A stretch of 64,000 nucleotides of DNA from positions 2,170,001 to 2,234,000 of the forward strand of contig BQFW01000002.1 in assembly GCA_020891255.1 (NCBI GenBank), given 5' to 3'. The notes under the pieces were generated by a model. That model was given only the letters and a program-made list of their open reading frames with translations. It searched no databases and was not told the DNA's origin. Position numbers and translations under genes: made by a program. Source of the stretch: Entomortierella parvispora E1425. Its lineage: Eukaryota > Fungi > Mortierellomycota. Positions 29,310-39,949 of this stretch are shown here, in pieces (position 1 is the stretch's first letter; every line of letters begins with the position of its first letter).

Positions 29310-30593
29310 TGCGTATCAATTCGGCTCGGATTTCAGGAGTAAGCTTCTTATATTGGTGGCATTGGCTCCTTGGAAGAGCGCAGCCATTTGAGCCATGAAA
29401 ACGTGCATGGAGTCGAGGTCCATAGGTGTAGCGCCAGAGGTTGGGGGCGGGGGAGTGGGTTGGGTTGGAAGGTCTTGAGGGTGTGTAGGGTGCAGGATAC
29501 TGTGGATGATGGTGGCATGGGTAATGGCCTCGTCTAGAGTCTTCGGTTGAAGCAGTCGAACCTAGGTGCTGGTCGCGGGATCAAGTCCCCGAAGGAACTC
29601 GAAGAGGATTGTGCCATCGGGAATCAACCGAGTACAAGAGCGGAACTCGCTGGTGTAAGTGGCTACAGATCGTTTGCCCTGGGTGACAGTAGTGAGTTTT
29701 CGTCGGGCAGCGTTGTGGTGTTGCTACAATGGGTTGGGGATCGGTCGTAGCTCAAGGAGAGAGGGGCTGGTCACAAGTGATCAAGGGAAAGGGGATTGCT
29801 TGCGAGGGGGAGGATAGACGTTGCAGGATCTCACTGTCTAAACTGTGTGAACCAAGTATCAATAAAGATCTCAGTCCGGTGGAAGCTCAAGACTTGTACG
29901 AAGGCAAGCTTGATCGGCAGAACAGGGTCTGTGATATCCAAAGGTAAAGGGGGGGGGGGAGGAGGTTAGACTAGCTACTAATAGTCTCAGCAATCGGAAT
30001 TAAGGCGTCGATCTTGCTGCTGCTGCAAAGGGGATATCGGGCAGGAAGTGGGGGGGGGATGTGTATGTGTTCTGTAACGATCAAACAAAGGCAAACGAAA
30101 AAGTAGGGAAGGAAGCGACCCAGAGCAATTACTGCTCTGAACACGAAATTATATTAACGCAATCTTTTAAGGGTATCTAAACTGACTTCTACAAATGTGT
30201 GATCCGTATCTACTACACCACAGCGTGGATGGCGTCAGGGGGCGTGAATCGTTTTTCAAACTTGTCGCGGAACGTGTCCCAATCTGTTGCTAGGGTGAGA
30301 CCAGAGACGCGCCACCACGAGCGGGCCTCGAGGGTGAGGGCGAGGACGGTAAATTTTACCCACTGGCTTTTGTCCAGGCCGACAATCTCAAAGTACTCCT
30401 CGTAGCTGTCCAGGAAATTGAGGCAAAGGTCGGCGTCGATTTTGCCAGTGTATGGTTCGGGTTTCTGGGGTTTGAGAACAGCAGCGAGTGTGCGTACACG
30501 ATCGTTCGTGGCCGCGGCGTCTTCTGCTGTCTCGGGTGGTCTGATGGTATTGTCGGTAGAGCCAGAGTTATTGGCATCATCTTCTCCGGCCAT
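29310..30593 (-). pseudogene. Gag remnant of another gypsy family (G), split by a solo C LTR
   Basis: KPQKPEPYTG..ARSWW..WDTFRDKFEKRFTP, then TQGKRSVATYTSEFR, LDEAI, PMDLD, KKLTPEIRAELIR; stops and frameshifts present. Confidence 0.8.
29714..30222 (-). repeat. Solo family-C LTR with 4-bp TSD GCGT
   Basis: TGTGGTGT...ACACCACA; GCGT at 29710-29713 and 30223-30226. Confidence 0.95.
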
Positions 30594-33500
30594 GTGCAAT
30601 AGGAGTATCGAAGGTGGAGTGGAGACAAGAAGTGAGTTTTATTATATTGCAAGTTTCTAGCTTTTGTAGGTACACATCGCGTGATGTGACCAAGTCCATG
30701 CAGTTGTCCAAGTTGCTTACTGGGAGCCATTCGTCAGCTTCTCTGCCGTAGCCTTTGAATGACACTAGGAACTGGTGTTGTCTGCGGTAGAAGCGGTACT
30801 TTAAAATTTCGTCCACTTCATACTCCTCTTCGCCGTCAATTACAGTGGGATCCACGGGGGCAGGAGCTCGAATGCCGAGTGACTCCGGGGACGGCAAGTA
30901 GGGTCGAAAGGTATCAACGTGGAAGACGTCATGGATTTTGTAGAATGGTGGCAGCTCGACGCGGAAGGTGACAGGTGAGTGTTGCTCCAAAAGTGTGAAC
31001 GGGCCAAGGAATTGAGGTCGAAGCTTATCGGCTGGTCTGATACTGTCGGCAGGGATGGTGATATTGGTGGCACGCAGCAGGACCTTATCGCCAACCTTGT
31101 ACTTGTGATCCCGTCGTCGCTTGTTTGCCTGTTGCTCCTGATGATCCTGAGCACGCTGCAGAGCATCCTGGGCCAGGGCAAGGGTGGTCGCCTGCTCAGT
31201 CAGGAAGGTATCGACAGTGGGGACTGAGCTGCTGGGTTTACCGAGGAGAGCGGTGGCGAGACGAGGGTGCTGGCCAGAGTTGAGGAAGAACGGCGAGTAT
31301 CCCGTGGATGCATTGACAGCGTTGTTATAGGCGAATTCCAGTGACGGAAGGAGCTGGTCCCAGTTAGACTGCTTGTTGTCAATAAACGCTCTCAACATAG
31401 TCTTCAGCGTCTTGTTCATAACCTCTGTCTGCCCATCCGTCTGTGGGTGGTAGGCGGTTGACAGTGCAAGTTTGACATCCATTAGCCTGTGCAACTCTTG
31501 CCAGAATCTACTAGTGAATCGGGTGTCGCGGTCCGAGATGATGGATGTTGGTGTGCCATGCAGCTTGAAGATGTTGTCAAAAAACTGGTGGGCGACGTCG
31601 ACGGCTGTGGCAGAGGTAGTACTGGGGACGAAGTGAGCTTGCTTGGTCAGCTTGTCGACAAACACTGTGATGGCGTCAAAATTTCTAGCTGTGGGCGGAA
31701 GAGGGCCGATGAAGTCCATGGTGACTACCTCCCAACGTTGTGAAGGAATGGGTAGCGGTTGCAAGAGTCCAGCTGGTCGATCCTGGGAGTCCTTTGACAC
31801 TTCTCGCAGGTTGCTACATACTGCTGGGTATCCTTGGCGATGTGGGGCCAATATACGAAACGGCGCAGGTTGTCGTAAGTCTTCTGAAAACCAAAGTGTC
31901 CAGCAGTGGCAGAGTCGTGAGCATCGTGCAAGAGAGTGAGGCGGATCGGGGAGTGCCGAGGGATGGCCAGGGTGGTTGCTCCACGTCGGGTAAAGTAGAG
32001 GAGGTTGTTCTGGAATGAATATCCATTGGCAACCTTCCCATCCAGGCAATCCTTGTAGATGGGTCCAAGTCGAGGATCGTCGTTGTAGTCCTGGACAAGC
32101 TGGTCACGGACGTCCGGGGATAGGGAGACACTGAGGTTGTATAGCTCAACAGGGTCAGGCTCGCGGTAGTCCGGTCGTCGGGAGAGAGCGTCTGGGACGA
32201 TGTTGTCAACTCCTCGCTTGTACTTGAAGTCAAAGTCGTATTCCTGAAGCAACTCCATCCAGCGAGCCTGTCGACGAGTGAGTTTGGGCTGTGTGGGGAA
32301 GTGGCGGAGGGTGGCGTGGTCGGTGTGGACGCTGAACTTGGTTCCATCGAGGTAGTAGCGCCAAGTGCGGAGCGCATGGATGACAGCCAACAGTTCCTGC
32401 TCATGGACAGGGTAGTTCCGCTCAGCTGACTGCATTTTCCTGGAAGTGAATGCGATGGGATGGGTATTCCCTTCCCGGTGTGATGTTGTCTAAAGTAAGT
32501 ATAGTCTAACGTCAGCAAAGGCTGGAGGTGAAAATGATAACGAAAAGAATAATAACGAACAAAGCTCGCTGCTTACATATGATAGGGACTTTGCTCTCTG
32601 TGCCACAAGGATCAAGCACAGCACTGCTATATGATCAGATACAATCTCGAGAGAATGAACTGGATAGACAGGAGGAGGAAAATGAGCAACAGGATCACGA
32701 TATAAGCAGGAACGAAACTGAAAGGAGACTAATAAGGACATACCAATGAGCTAAGCACGTCCTAATGGTAACCAAACAGGAGAATAAACAACTACGGAGG
32801 CGAACACTAGGTACTATACTAACTAATAACAACAACAAGGGAGGATTGAAGGGATCTAATCAGTAAGAGCACGGCCAGAAATATTCTATCCAGGGAAAGG
32901 GGACAAGGCCGCCTAACTGAGGGTTCAGGAGGGACTCGAGGGAAGGCGACGAGAAGATAAGGGAGGTTCCCAAGCACCAGTTAAGGCCTCAGGATGCCCA
33001 AGCGCCAGTTAAGGCCTCAGGATGCCCAAGCGCCAGTTAAGGCCTCAGGATGGGATGCCAAGATCGTACAAGTCCACTCAAAAGAGACAAGACATTGTTG
33101 GTACCTCGTAAGTGAGCAAGGACACGGAGAAGTGGTTGGCCGAGGTTCTTGACGGGACTTGTCGAGGACGGGGAAGATCGTAACTTGTGAGTGTACAAGG
33201 TCGATCAACAGAACGCAATAGGTCTGTGATATCCAAAGGTAAGGGGAGGAGGTTTAGACTAGCTACTAATAGTCTCAGCAATCGGAATTAAGGCGTCGAG
33301 CTTGCTGCTGCTGCAAAGGGGATATCGGGCAGGAAGGGGGGGGTGTATGTTTGTGTTCTGAAGGGTTCAACAAAAGTGTACTGGCAGGAATCGTAAAGGA
33401 AAAAAGGCAACCAGGAGCAAAATGGATTTTGCTCCCTTCTTTATAGAAAAAAAACTGAAACTAAACAAAATAATAAATGCTACTGAAAATATATCTCTAC

Positions 33501-33625
33501 TCCGATGGATGTGGACCGGGACTCCACATCTACTACACCACACCGATCCCAGGGTCTCTTTCTCACATCCTCCTATGTGAGAGCAAGCCAGTGAGTGTCT
33601 CTGGTGGGCTGATCCCCATATCCTA

Positions 33626-36600
33626 CTAGGTCGTTCGTTTATACGGTCTAAGGCGACTGTGATTAACGGGTCGACCTCCATAATATCGATGCCATTGTCC
33701 ATCGATCTTTTCACTCAATCGATAGGCTCCTCCGGGCAAAGCTTCAACAATAACGTAAGGTCCCTTCCATCTGGGTGAGAGCTTACCGCTCCACTGCTTG
33801 AGAAGCGCGGATTGATGTACTAGTACCTCATCTCCAACTTCGTACTGTCGAGGGGGAGGGAGGTCGGCTGCATCGGTGGACCATTTGTGCTCATTTATGA
33901 TCCTTTGATGAACCTCCGCGCGTAAAACTCCCAAGATTTCCCGTCTCTCCTCATCCACCTCTTCACGTTCTTCCAAGTCCATGTTGTGGTTAAGATCGAT
34001 ATCCCAGGGAAGGCGGGCTCGTTGCCCAAAAAGGATCTCGAACGGTGAAACCCCCCGGGTCTGTTTGATCTGGGTCCTCCAAGTCCAGGTAACACGATCC
34101 AGAATGGTAGCCCACGCATTCTCTGGTAATCCATCGTGCTGGATGATACGGGCCATTTGACGCACCATGAAACCATTATACCGCTCTACCATTCCGTTGG
34201 TCTGTGCATGATATGCAGAGGCTGGATCCAGATCGATCATATGCTTGATACACCATGCTTTGAAGACTCCTGCGGACAACGATGATCCATTATCCGTGAT
34301 GATACGTTTAGGATGGCCGTATTGCATCGCCCAATGTTTTTCAACTGTTCGCAAGACTAGGTTTCCAGACAAGGATGACAATGCAACGGACACAACCCAT
34401 CCGGAGAGATAATCCACCATGTTCAAAACGAATCTTTTTCCATTGGACATTGGCAAAGGTCCGACGGCATCTAGTCCCACAGTCTCAAAGATAGTTCGAG
34501 GCGGAGGTATGCGATGGAAACGATATCGGGTGGGGTCTCGTGCCTGATACCGTTGACATGCATCACAGCTGGATAAGTGTTCCTTAACGTCCTTGTACAT
34601 CCCAGGCCAGAAGTATCCCTCGGCGATGAGAGTATAGGTCGAAACTACGCCCAGATGCCCGACGATGGTGGATCCATGAGCGCGTTCTAACACCCTAGAT
34701 ACTTCTCCAGGCGGCACGTATTGGCGAGGCATCCCGCCAGGCGTGCGCTTGAATAGACGACCTTGAGCAACAAAATACTTGGGCAGCATGCTCATAATTT
34801 TGCCCCTTGAATTTTTGTCCAAATAGGTCAAAGGATCTCCTTGTAACGCAGCCACAATTGAGACGAATGGCTCTTGGTCCTCCGAGATGAGCAAAGTGCT
34901 CATCAACCTCTTGTTTTCTTGTATCTCAATGGCTTCCTCCACCCCAAGGTCCGGTAGATCCTCCCCAGTGACATTCTTGTGATGGATGCGAGATAAAGGA
35001 TCGGAGTCTTTCATGTCCCGCCCGGGTCGATGATGAATGGTAACCCGGTATTGGGCGATGATTAATGTCCACCGAGTGAGTCGCGCGCTCCTCGAAGAAA
35101 GGTTATGCATGTATAACAACGCCCGATGGTCGATGAAGACATGAATCTCCTTCCCTTCTAACAGATGACTGTGCTTGACGAGGCAATACACTAGTCCTAG
35201 CAATTCGCGCTCCGTGGCAAAATAACGAGACTCGGCCCCCGATAATTTCCGGCTTCCAAAAACAATGGGCTGATATTTGACGTTGATATCGATCCGATCG
35301 TCATCTTCTGGGTTCAGACAATGAGCAACCACATGCCCTGTGGCGAAATCCGACGTGTCGGCGGATATAATAACCGGTCTCTTATGGTCCATCATAATTA
35401 GAACTGGAGCGGTGACCAGAGCAACCTGAATATCGCGGAAGGCTTTCATATATTTGGGATCTGACATCCATTTTTCCACAAAAGCGTTTGGATCCTTGTG
35501 CAATTTGTACAGAGGAAACAATGGGGCAGCCATGGCAGAAAAGTTGGATATGAAATCACACAAAAATAAAGCAAAACCAACGAAACCGCGTAGTTCAGTG
35601 ACATTCTGAGGCACGGGCCAATATTCCATCTTGAATAGCTTCTTGGGGTCCGCAGAGATCCGACTATCTCCTACAATCCTTCCCAAGAACTCGCGCTGTT
35701 TGACAAAGAACGCCGATTTCTTGCCTGAAAACGAACCGTTGAACATATCCATGCGGGCTAGCACTTCTTCAACGGTGCGGAAATGGAGATGAAAGGTGCC
35801 GTCGCCTGTAGCCATGTCGTCCACGAAATTCCCTAGTCGTTCCTTGATTGTGCTGAAGACCTCGCCCATGTGTCGAGTATACCATTGCATAGAATCGATC
35901 AATCCCATAGGCAATACGTTATACTCGTATAATCCATCCGGAAAGGCGACGGCGGTGAGGAAGCGACTGTCTTCGGCGATAGGTGATTGAAGATACCCAT
36001 CTTTGCAATCCCAAAATGACAAAAACTCGCATCCTTGCAACTTGTATATCTCGGTGATGGGATCCGGTAGCGGCCATGCCATAGGTGCAATCAACTTGTT
36101 GACTGGTATGAAATTAACGCATACCCGATAGGAGTTATCCTTCTTTTGTATTAAGAGCGGATTGCAGGAGGCAGGAGAGCTGGATCGCCTCATCTTTCCA
36201 GCCTTGACCATTTGATCGCGATATTCACATAAAGTGGTTACCTGACCCGGTGAATATTTCTTGTTGTACGCACGCGGAAACTTTGAGCCAGGCTTGAGGT
36301 GGAAAAAAGCGGGTGCTTCCAACATATCAGCGTTCAGAGTCCTTGACATCTCGCCCTCCTTTGGAAAACATTCCTCATGTTTCTGGAAAATACGTCGAAT
36401 TTCTGATAAATTATCATGCACCTCCGGTATGTCTCCCACATACACTGATCGTTCCTCCAAACCAGGCAGCAACATGACCGGAGTGTTAGTCAACCGGTCT
36501 CGGCAACGTGGTGCTTCCAGGTGGAAACCATAGGAGTCATTCACCATGATCGGAGAAGCGTCGAAGATAGAACTGATTTCAGCAGATGGTGACGGGTGGG

Positions 36601-38323
36601 AAGCATCCACAACGGAGAGACATGATACAGGTTGACGACCATCCGGAATAGGGGGTTCTGGGAAAACCGCTTGCAAAAACCAACAATTGACAATGTCTCC
36701 CTTGGCATCGTCCTGCTTGAGTTGTTCCACGGTAGTGCGCTCTACCCTCCCTTCCTGGATGTTTCGAATAAGGAGGGCGTATCCTTCATCCTCATCTTCT
36801 TTTTCGCTGGTGGAGGACGCTTCGTTGTCGGTACCTGAATCCTCGGACGTGTCTTCGCGGAGTTCGGCTTCGGATTCACTCGTATCGTCTTGGTTGTCAA
36901 CGCGAGAAACGATCGGAAGGGTGCGGGCGCGACCATCAATTGTGACCTTGAATCCTTGGACATGCAAGGTAGTGATAGCAGTAGACCAATTTGTGTATCC
37001 GCTGCAAGCCTCGAGAAATGGGCGGCCCAACAAAATATCGAAGTCGACAGAATCCACAATCACGCAGCCCGCTGGAATCATGATACCTTGAATGTCGATA
37101 GGAACGCCCGGAGCTTCTCCAGCAACTCCAGCGTTTCCAGTCAAACCTTTCAACGAAAATGACGAGTAAGGTGTGTGGTTGGTTATCCCGATTTGATCGA
37201 GAAATCCACGACGGATAACATTGACACAGGAGCCACCATCCAACAAAATCTCGCACTTGGTTCCCATGATGGCAGCTCTGAATCCATGGGTGTCGGTTTT
37301 GGATCGTTCCACTCGGTTCAGAAAAACACGTAGCTCTTCTATTTCGGACTCGCCCAGTAATAACGAGGGATATTCTTGAGTGAGTAGGACTCGCTCCTCG
37401 CGCGGTACAGTTTTCAGCGAGGCTTGTACAGTCCGTCTAATGCTGGGTGACAACTCCATCAGTTGCCCGATGGTTAAGCCTTCGACTTTGGTGGTTCGTA
37501 AGCACTGACGGATGTCAAAAGGTTTCTGCTTCAACTGCAACACGATAGGATTGGGTAACGACTTCAAAAACGCCTCATCTGACTCGAGGGTAAGATCCGG
37601 TCCGTCCGTTTTTTTTTTCTTTTGCTCCCCTTTTTTGTCGTTCTTGCTGCTCTCTTTTTTCTTTTCGGGCGAGGATGGCCGTGACTGGTCTTTTTCCTCC
37701 CATGTGATCTTCTTGGCAGATGACGCACGCATGCTCGTTCCATCATCTCTTCCTCCATTCACTTTTCTTGTCTCCATTACTTTTCGACTTTCCTTCGGCG
37801 GCACCATCATCCTTCGTAATCCGCCATCTGAGTCGTCCGCCTCCATCTCATCTCGCCCATCTCTCTCAATTCCCTTCGTTGCCTTGATTGCATCTTGTGC
37901 AGCGATGGTTCGTTCGAGCCGGGCCAAGTTTTCCGCAGCAGATGGACCTTCAATGGAACTTGGGACACTCTCCTTGGGCTTGATGGGAATCTCCACTGCG
38001 GTCATCATCTCTCGTCGAGGAGGAGGATCGACATCCATCGAGCGAGCCTTGGCCGCAGCATGTTGGAGGGCTTTGACATGCGACATGGCAGATGGGCCAA
38101 CACGTGTAGTCATGGCAGGTGGTCTTTTCAGGACTTGGGTGGCAGCGTTGGGGCGAGGCACTCCTCGAGGCGGCGGCGCTTTTGCATACGGTAACGAGCT
38201 GGTAGGGTTGCGGGTAGTGGGACGAGTAGCAACCAGTACGCTTACTTCTTCTGTGTTTTCTCCATGGATAGGGTCAGGGGGTTCATGGTTTGGAGTCTCT
38301 CCATGGTCCCCTTCTAAAAATCC
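33626..38323 (-). CDS. Element D Pol (PR-RT-RH-INT), entered by -1 frameshift
   Basis: Frame open from the G GAT TTT slippery site (38317-38323) to 33626: LLDGGS, VCVNF, FVDD, DTSD, HGSTIVGH..CDAC, ITDNG, GMVERYNG, RWKGPY. Confidence 0.92.
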   Translation of the reverse strand, partial: GFLEGDHGETPNHEPPDPIHGENTEEVSVLVATRPTTRNPTSSLPYAKAPPPRGVPRPNAATQVLKRPPAMTTRVGPSAMSHVKALQHAAAKARSMDVDPPPRREMMTAVEIPIKPKESVPSSIEGPSAAENLARLERTIAAQDAIKATKGIERDGRDEMEADDSDGGLRRMMVPPKESRKVMETRKVNGGRDDGTSMRASSAKKITWEEKDQSRPSSPEKKKESSKNDKKGEQKKKKTDGPDLTLESDEAFLKSLPNPIVLQLKQKPFDIRQCLRTTKVEGLTIGQLMELSPSIRRTVQASLKTVPREERVLLTQEYPSLLLGESEIEELRVFLNRVERSKTDTHGFRAAIMGTKCEILLDGGSCVNVIRRGFLDQIGITNHTPYSSFSLKGLTGNAGVAGEAPGVPIDIQGIMIPAGCVIVDSVDFDILLGRPFLEACSGYTNWSTAITTLHVQGFKVTIDGRARTLPIVSRVDNQDDTSESEAELREDTSEDSGTDNEASSTSEKEDEDEGYALLIRNIQEGRVERTTVEQLKQDDAKGDIVNCWFLQAVFPEPPIPDGRQPVSCLSVVDASHPSPSAEISSIFDASPIMVNDSYGFHLEAPRCRDRLTNTPVMLLPGLEERSVYVGDIPEVHDNLSEIRRIFQKHEECFPKEGEMSRTLNADMLEAPAFFHLKPGSKFPRAYNKKYSPGQVTTLCEYRDQMVKAGKMRRSSSPASCNPLLIQKKDNSYRVCVNFIPVNKLIAPMAWPLPDPITEIYKLQGCEFLSFWDCKDGYLQSPIAEDSRFLTAVAFPDGLYEYNVLPMGLIDSMQWYTRHMGEVFSTIKERLGNFVDDMATGDGTFHLHFRTVEEVLARMDMFNGSFSGKKSAFFVKQREFLGRIVGDSRISADPKKLFKMEYWPVPQNVTELRGFVGFALFLCDFISNFSAMAAPLFPLYKLHKDPNAFVEKWMSDPKYMKAFRDIQVALVTAPVLIMMDHKRPVIISADTSDFATGHVVAHCLNPEDDDRIDINVKYQPIVFGSRKLSGAESRYFATERELLGLVYCLVKHSHLLEGKEIHVFIDHRALLYMHNLSSRSARLTRWTLIIAQYRVTIHHRPGRDMKDSDPLSRIHHKNVTGEDLPDLGVEEAIEIQENKRLMSTLLISEDQEPFVSIVAALQGDPLTYLDKNSRGKIMSMLPKYFVAQGRLFKRTPGGMPRQYVPPGEVSRVLERAHGSTIVGHLGVVSTYTLIAEGYFWPGMYKDVKEHLSSCDACQRYQARDPTRYRFHRIPPPRTIFETVGLDAVGPLPMSNGKRFVLNMVDYLSGWVVSVALSSLSGNLVLRTVEKHWAMQYGHPKRIITDNGSSLSAGVFKAWCIKHMIDLDPASAYHAQTNGMVERYNGFMVRQMARIIQHDGLPENAWATILDRVTWTWRTQIKQTRGVSPFEILFGQRARLPWDIDLNHNMDLEEREEVDEERREILGVLRAEVHQRIINEHKWSTDAADLPPPRQYEVGDEVLVHQSALLKQWSGKLSPRWKGPYVIVEALPGGAYRLSEKIDGQWHRYYGGRPVNHSRLRPYKRTT

Positions 38324-39846
38324 ACTTCGACTTCAACAAATCCGAAGAAATAACAGCGAACGTCGAAATCCTCAACTCCAGCGCCTTCGTCGATCCTGGC
38401 TTCGACCAACAAAGTTTGAGGTGTCTTCTGCGCGGGGCAATCTCGGGCTATATGTCCCAACTGTTGGCAATTGTAACACTGTCTCTCTGACATGGGGTTC
38501 TTCTCGCCTGAGTACCGAGTGGTGGGCGGACCAGCCGGTCTTGGAGTAACTCGATTACTCTTACTGATGAGGATTTTCAGGCGGTCCAGCTCCTGAGTGA
38601 CAGCTTCGATGTCGTCCTTGGAAGCTAAATTCTTCTGGGTCGAGTTGTTTTTGCCAGAGGTAACGGATTTGGTGTCGTGCTTCACGGACGGGGTGCCGAC
38701 GGTCTTTGATTCAGATTTGCCACGGTCATCTAACAGGCCCTTCTTCTTTTGCTTGTCCTTAGCAGTTGTGTTCTTATCGTCGTTGTCATCACTGGACTCG
38801 CTTTCACCCTCGGTGTCGTCCGTTTCCTCGTCATGTCGTACCAGATACAACTCGTACATCTTGCGGGAGCATTTGTGGGCCTCCTCCATCATATCCTCAA
38901 GTTTGTTCTGGTGGTGGACCTCCTTGGCAATGTCAGGAAGGAACAAGTTCTTGAGATAAGCCTTGCGTACGCCTGCTTCATCATACACGCCAAGTCCTTG
39001 TCGAGTAGCCTGTTGATATTGTTCGTTCAGGATCCTAAAACGGATGTTGAAGGCCTGGACCGACTCTTTCTTTGTCTGCTTGCACTTGTCCAACTGCGCC
39101 AAGGATCCTGAGAGCAACTGATCGCGAACGGACATGAAAGTATTGCGGAAGTCCTCGTAGAGACCTTCAGGGCGAACCTCCCGGTTATTTTCGAGAAAGT
39201 ATACAAACCAGGCCTGTGTTTCGTCTGTTCCCATGGATGCTCCAAATGATTCGATGGTACGAGAGGCAGCCGTATGCGGGCTCATGTTGGTAAATTGCGT
39301 TCCAGCCCACAACTGGTACTGATGCAGCCATACCTCTGCCTTATGTTTCTTAGGATTGAACTTTCCAGCCGAACATACACGGGGTTCTTTCTTGCCATGG
39401 AAGTCGTTGTGAGGCATCCGATACTGATCTTGAGGGCGTTCGTCACGTGACCAAGGACGTTCGATTCGTTCTCGGGTCCTTCCTTCGACAAAGTTAGAGG
39501 GCCTGTAGGGGGTCGAGAAATGGCTGGTTGGCTGGGTCGTCGGTAACGAGGGAGTAGGTTCAGGGATTGGTCCTGGATCGGCAGTTTGAGCGTACTCAGG
39601 ATGACGATTAGCGGCTGCTAATTCCGTACGCTTCAGCACGTTCAACAGCATGCTCTCCATCCTGCTAAGGGTGCTTTCCATCAGCCATTTCTCTCTGTCC
39701 GTGGCTACAAACATTTCAGGTGTGTTTTTGAGGTGACCTGGGATCTCTCCTTCTAGGCGCATATCTGGCACACTACTCTCCATGCTGCTAGTGGATGCGG
39801 CAGGGGACCGGTCCGCGGAGATACTATCGGAGCTGCGCAGGGTCAT
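38314..39846 (-). CDS. Element D Gag with CCHC zinc knuckle
   Basis: CYNCQQLGHIARDC; ends GTG GAT TTT TAG; first ATG at 39846. Confidence 0.88.
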   Translation of the reverse strand: MTLRSSDSISADRSPAASTSSMESSVPDMRLEGEIPGHLKNTPEMFVATDREKWLMESTLSRMESMLLNVLKRTELAAANRHPEYAQTADPGPIPEPTPSLPTTQPTSHFSTPYRPSNFVEGRTRERIERPWSRDERPQDQYRMPHNDFHGKKEPRVCSAGKFNPKKHKAEVWLHQYQLWAGTQFTNMSPHTAASRTIESFGASMGTDETQAWFVYFLENNREVRPEGLYEDFRNTFMSVRDQLLSGSLAQLDKCKQTKKESVQAFNIRFRILNEQYQQATRQGLGVYDEAGVRKAYLKNLFLPDIAKEVHHQNKLEDMMEEAHKCSRKMYELYLVRHDEETDDTEGESESSDDNDDKNTTAKDKQKKKGLLDDRGKSESKTVGTPSVKHDTKSVTSGKNNSTQKNLASKDDIEAVTQELDRLKILISKSNRVTPRPAGPPTTRYSGEKNPMSERQCYNCQQLGHIARDCPAQKTPQTLLVEARIDEGAGVEDFDVRCYFFGFVEVEVDF

Positions 39847-39931
39847 GTTGGGATCCAATGAAGACTGGTTTCAAATTGATATCGGAAAGAAGAAGAGTTT
39901 CTCTTTAATCTCAGACGGGAGTGCTTGTAAT

Positions 39932-39949
39932 TGCCCAGGTTCTCCACCA
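39932..39949 (-). promoter_or_regulatory. 18-nt tRNA-Ala-type PBS of element D, 13 nt from the LTR
   Basis: TGGTGGAGAACCTGGGCA; its complement ends TTCTCCA-CCA with the G3:U70 position typical of tRNA-Ala; identical at 59329-59346. Confidence 0.75.
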
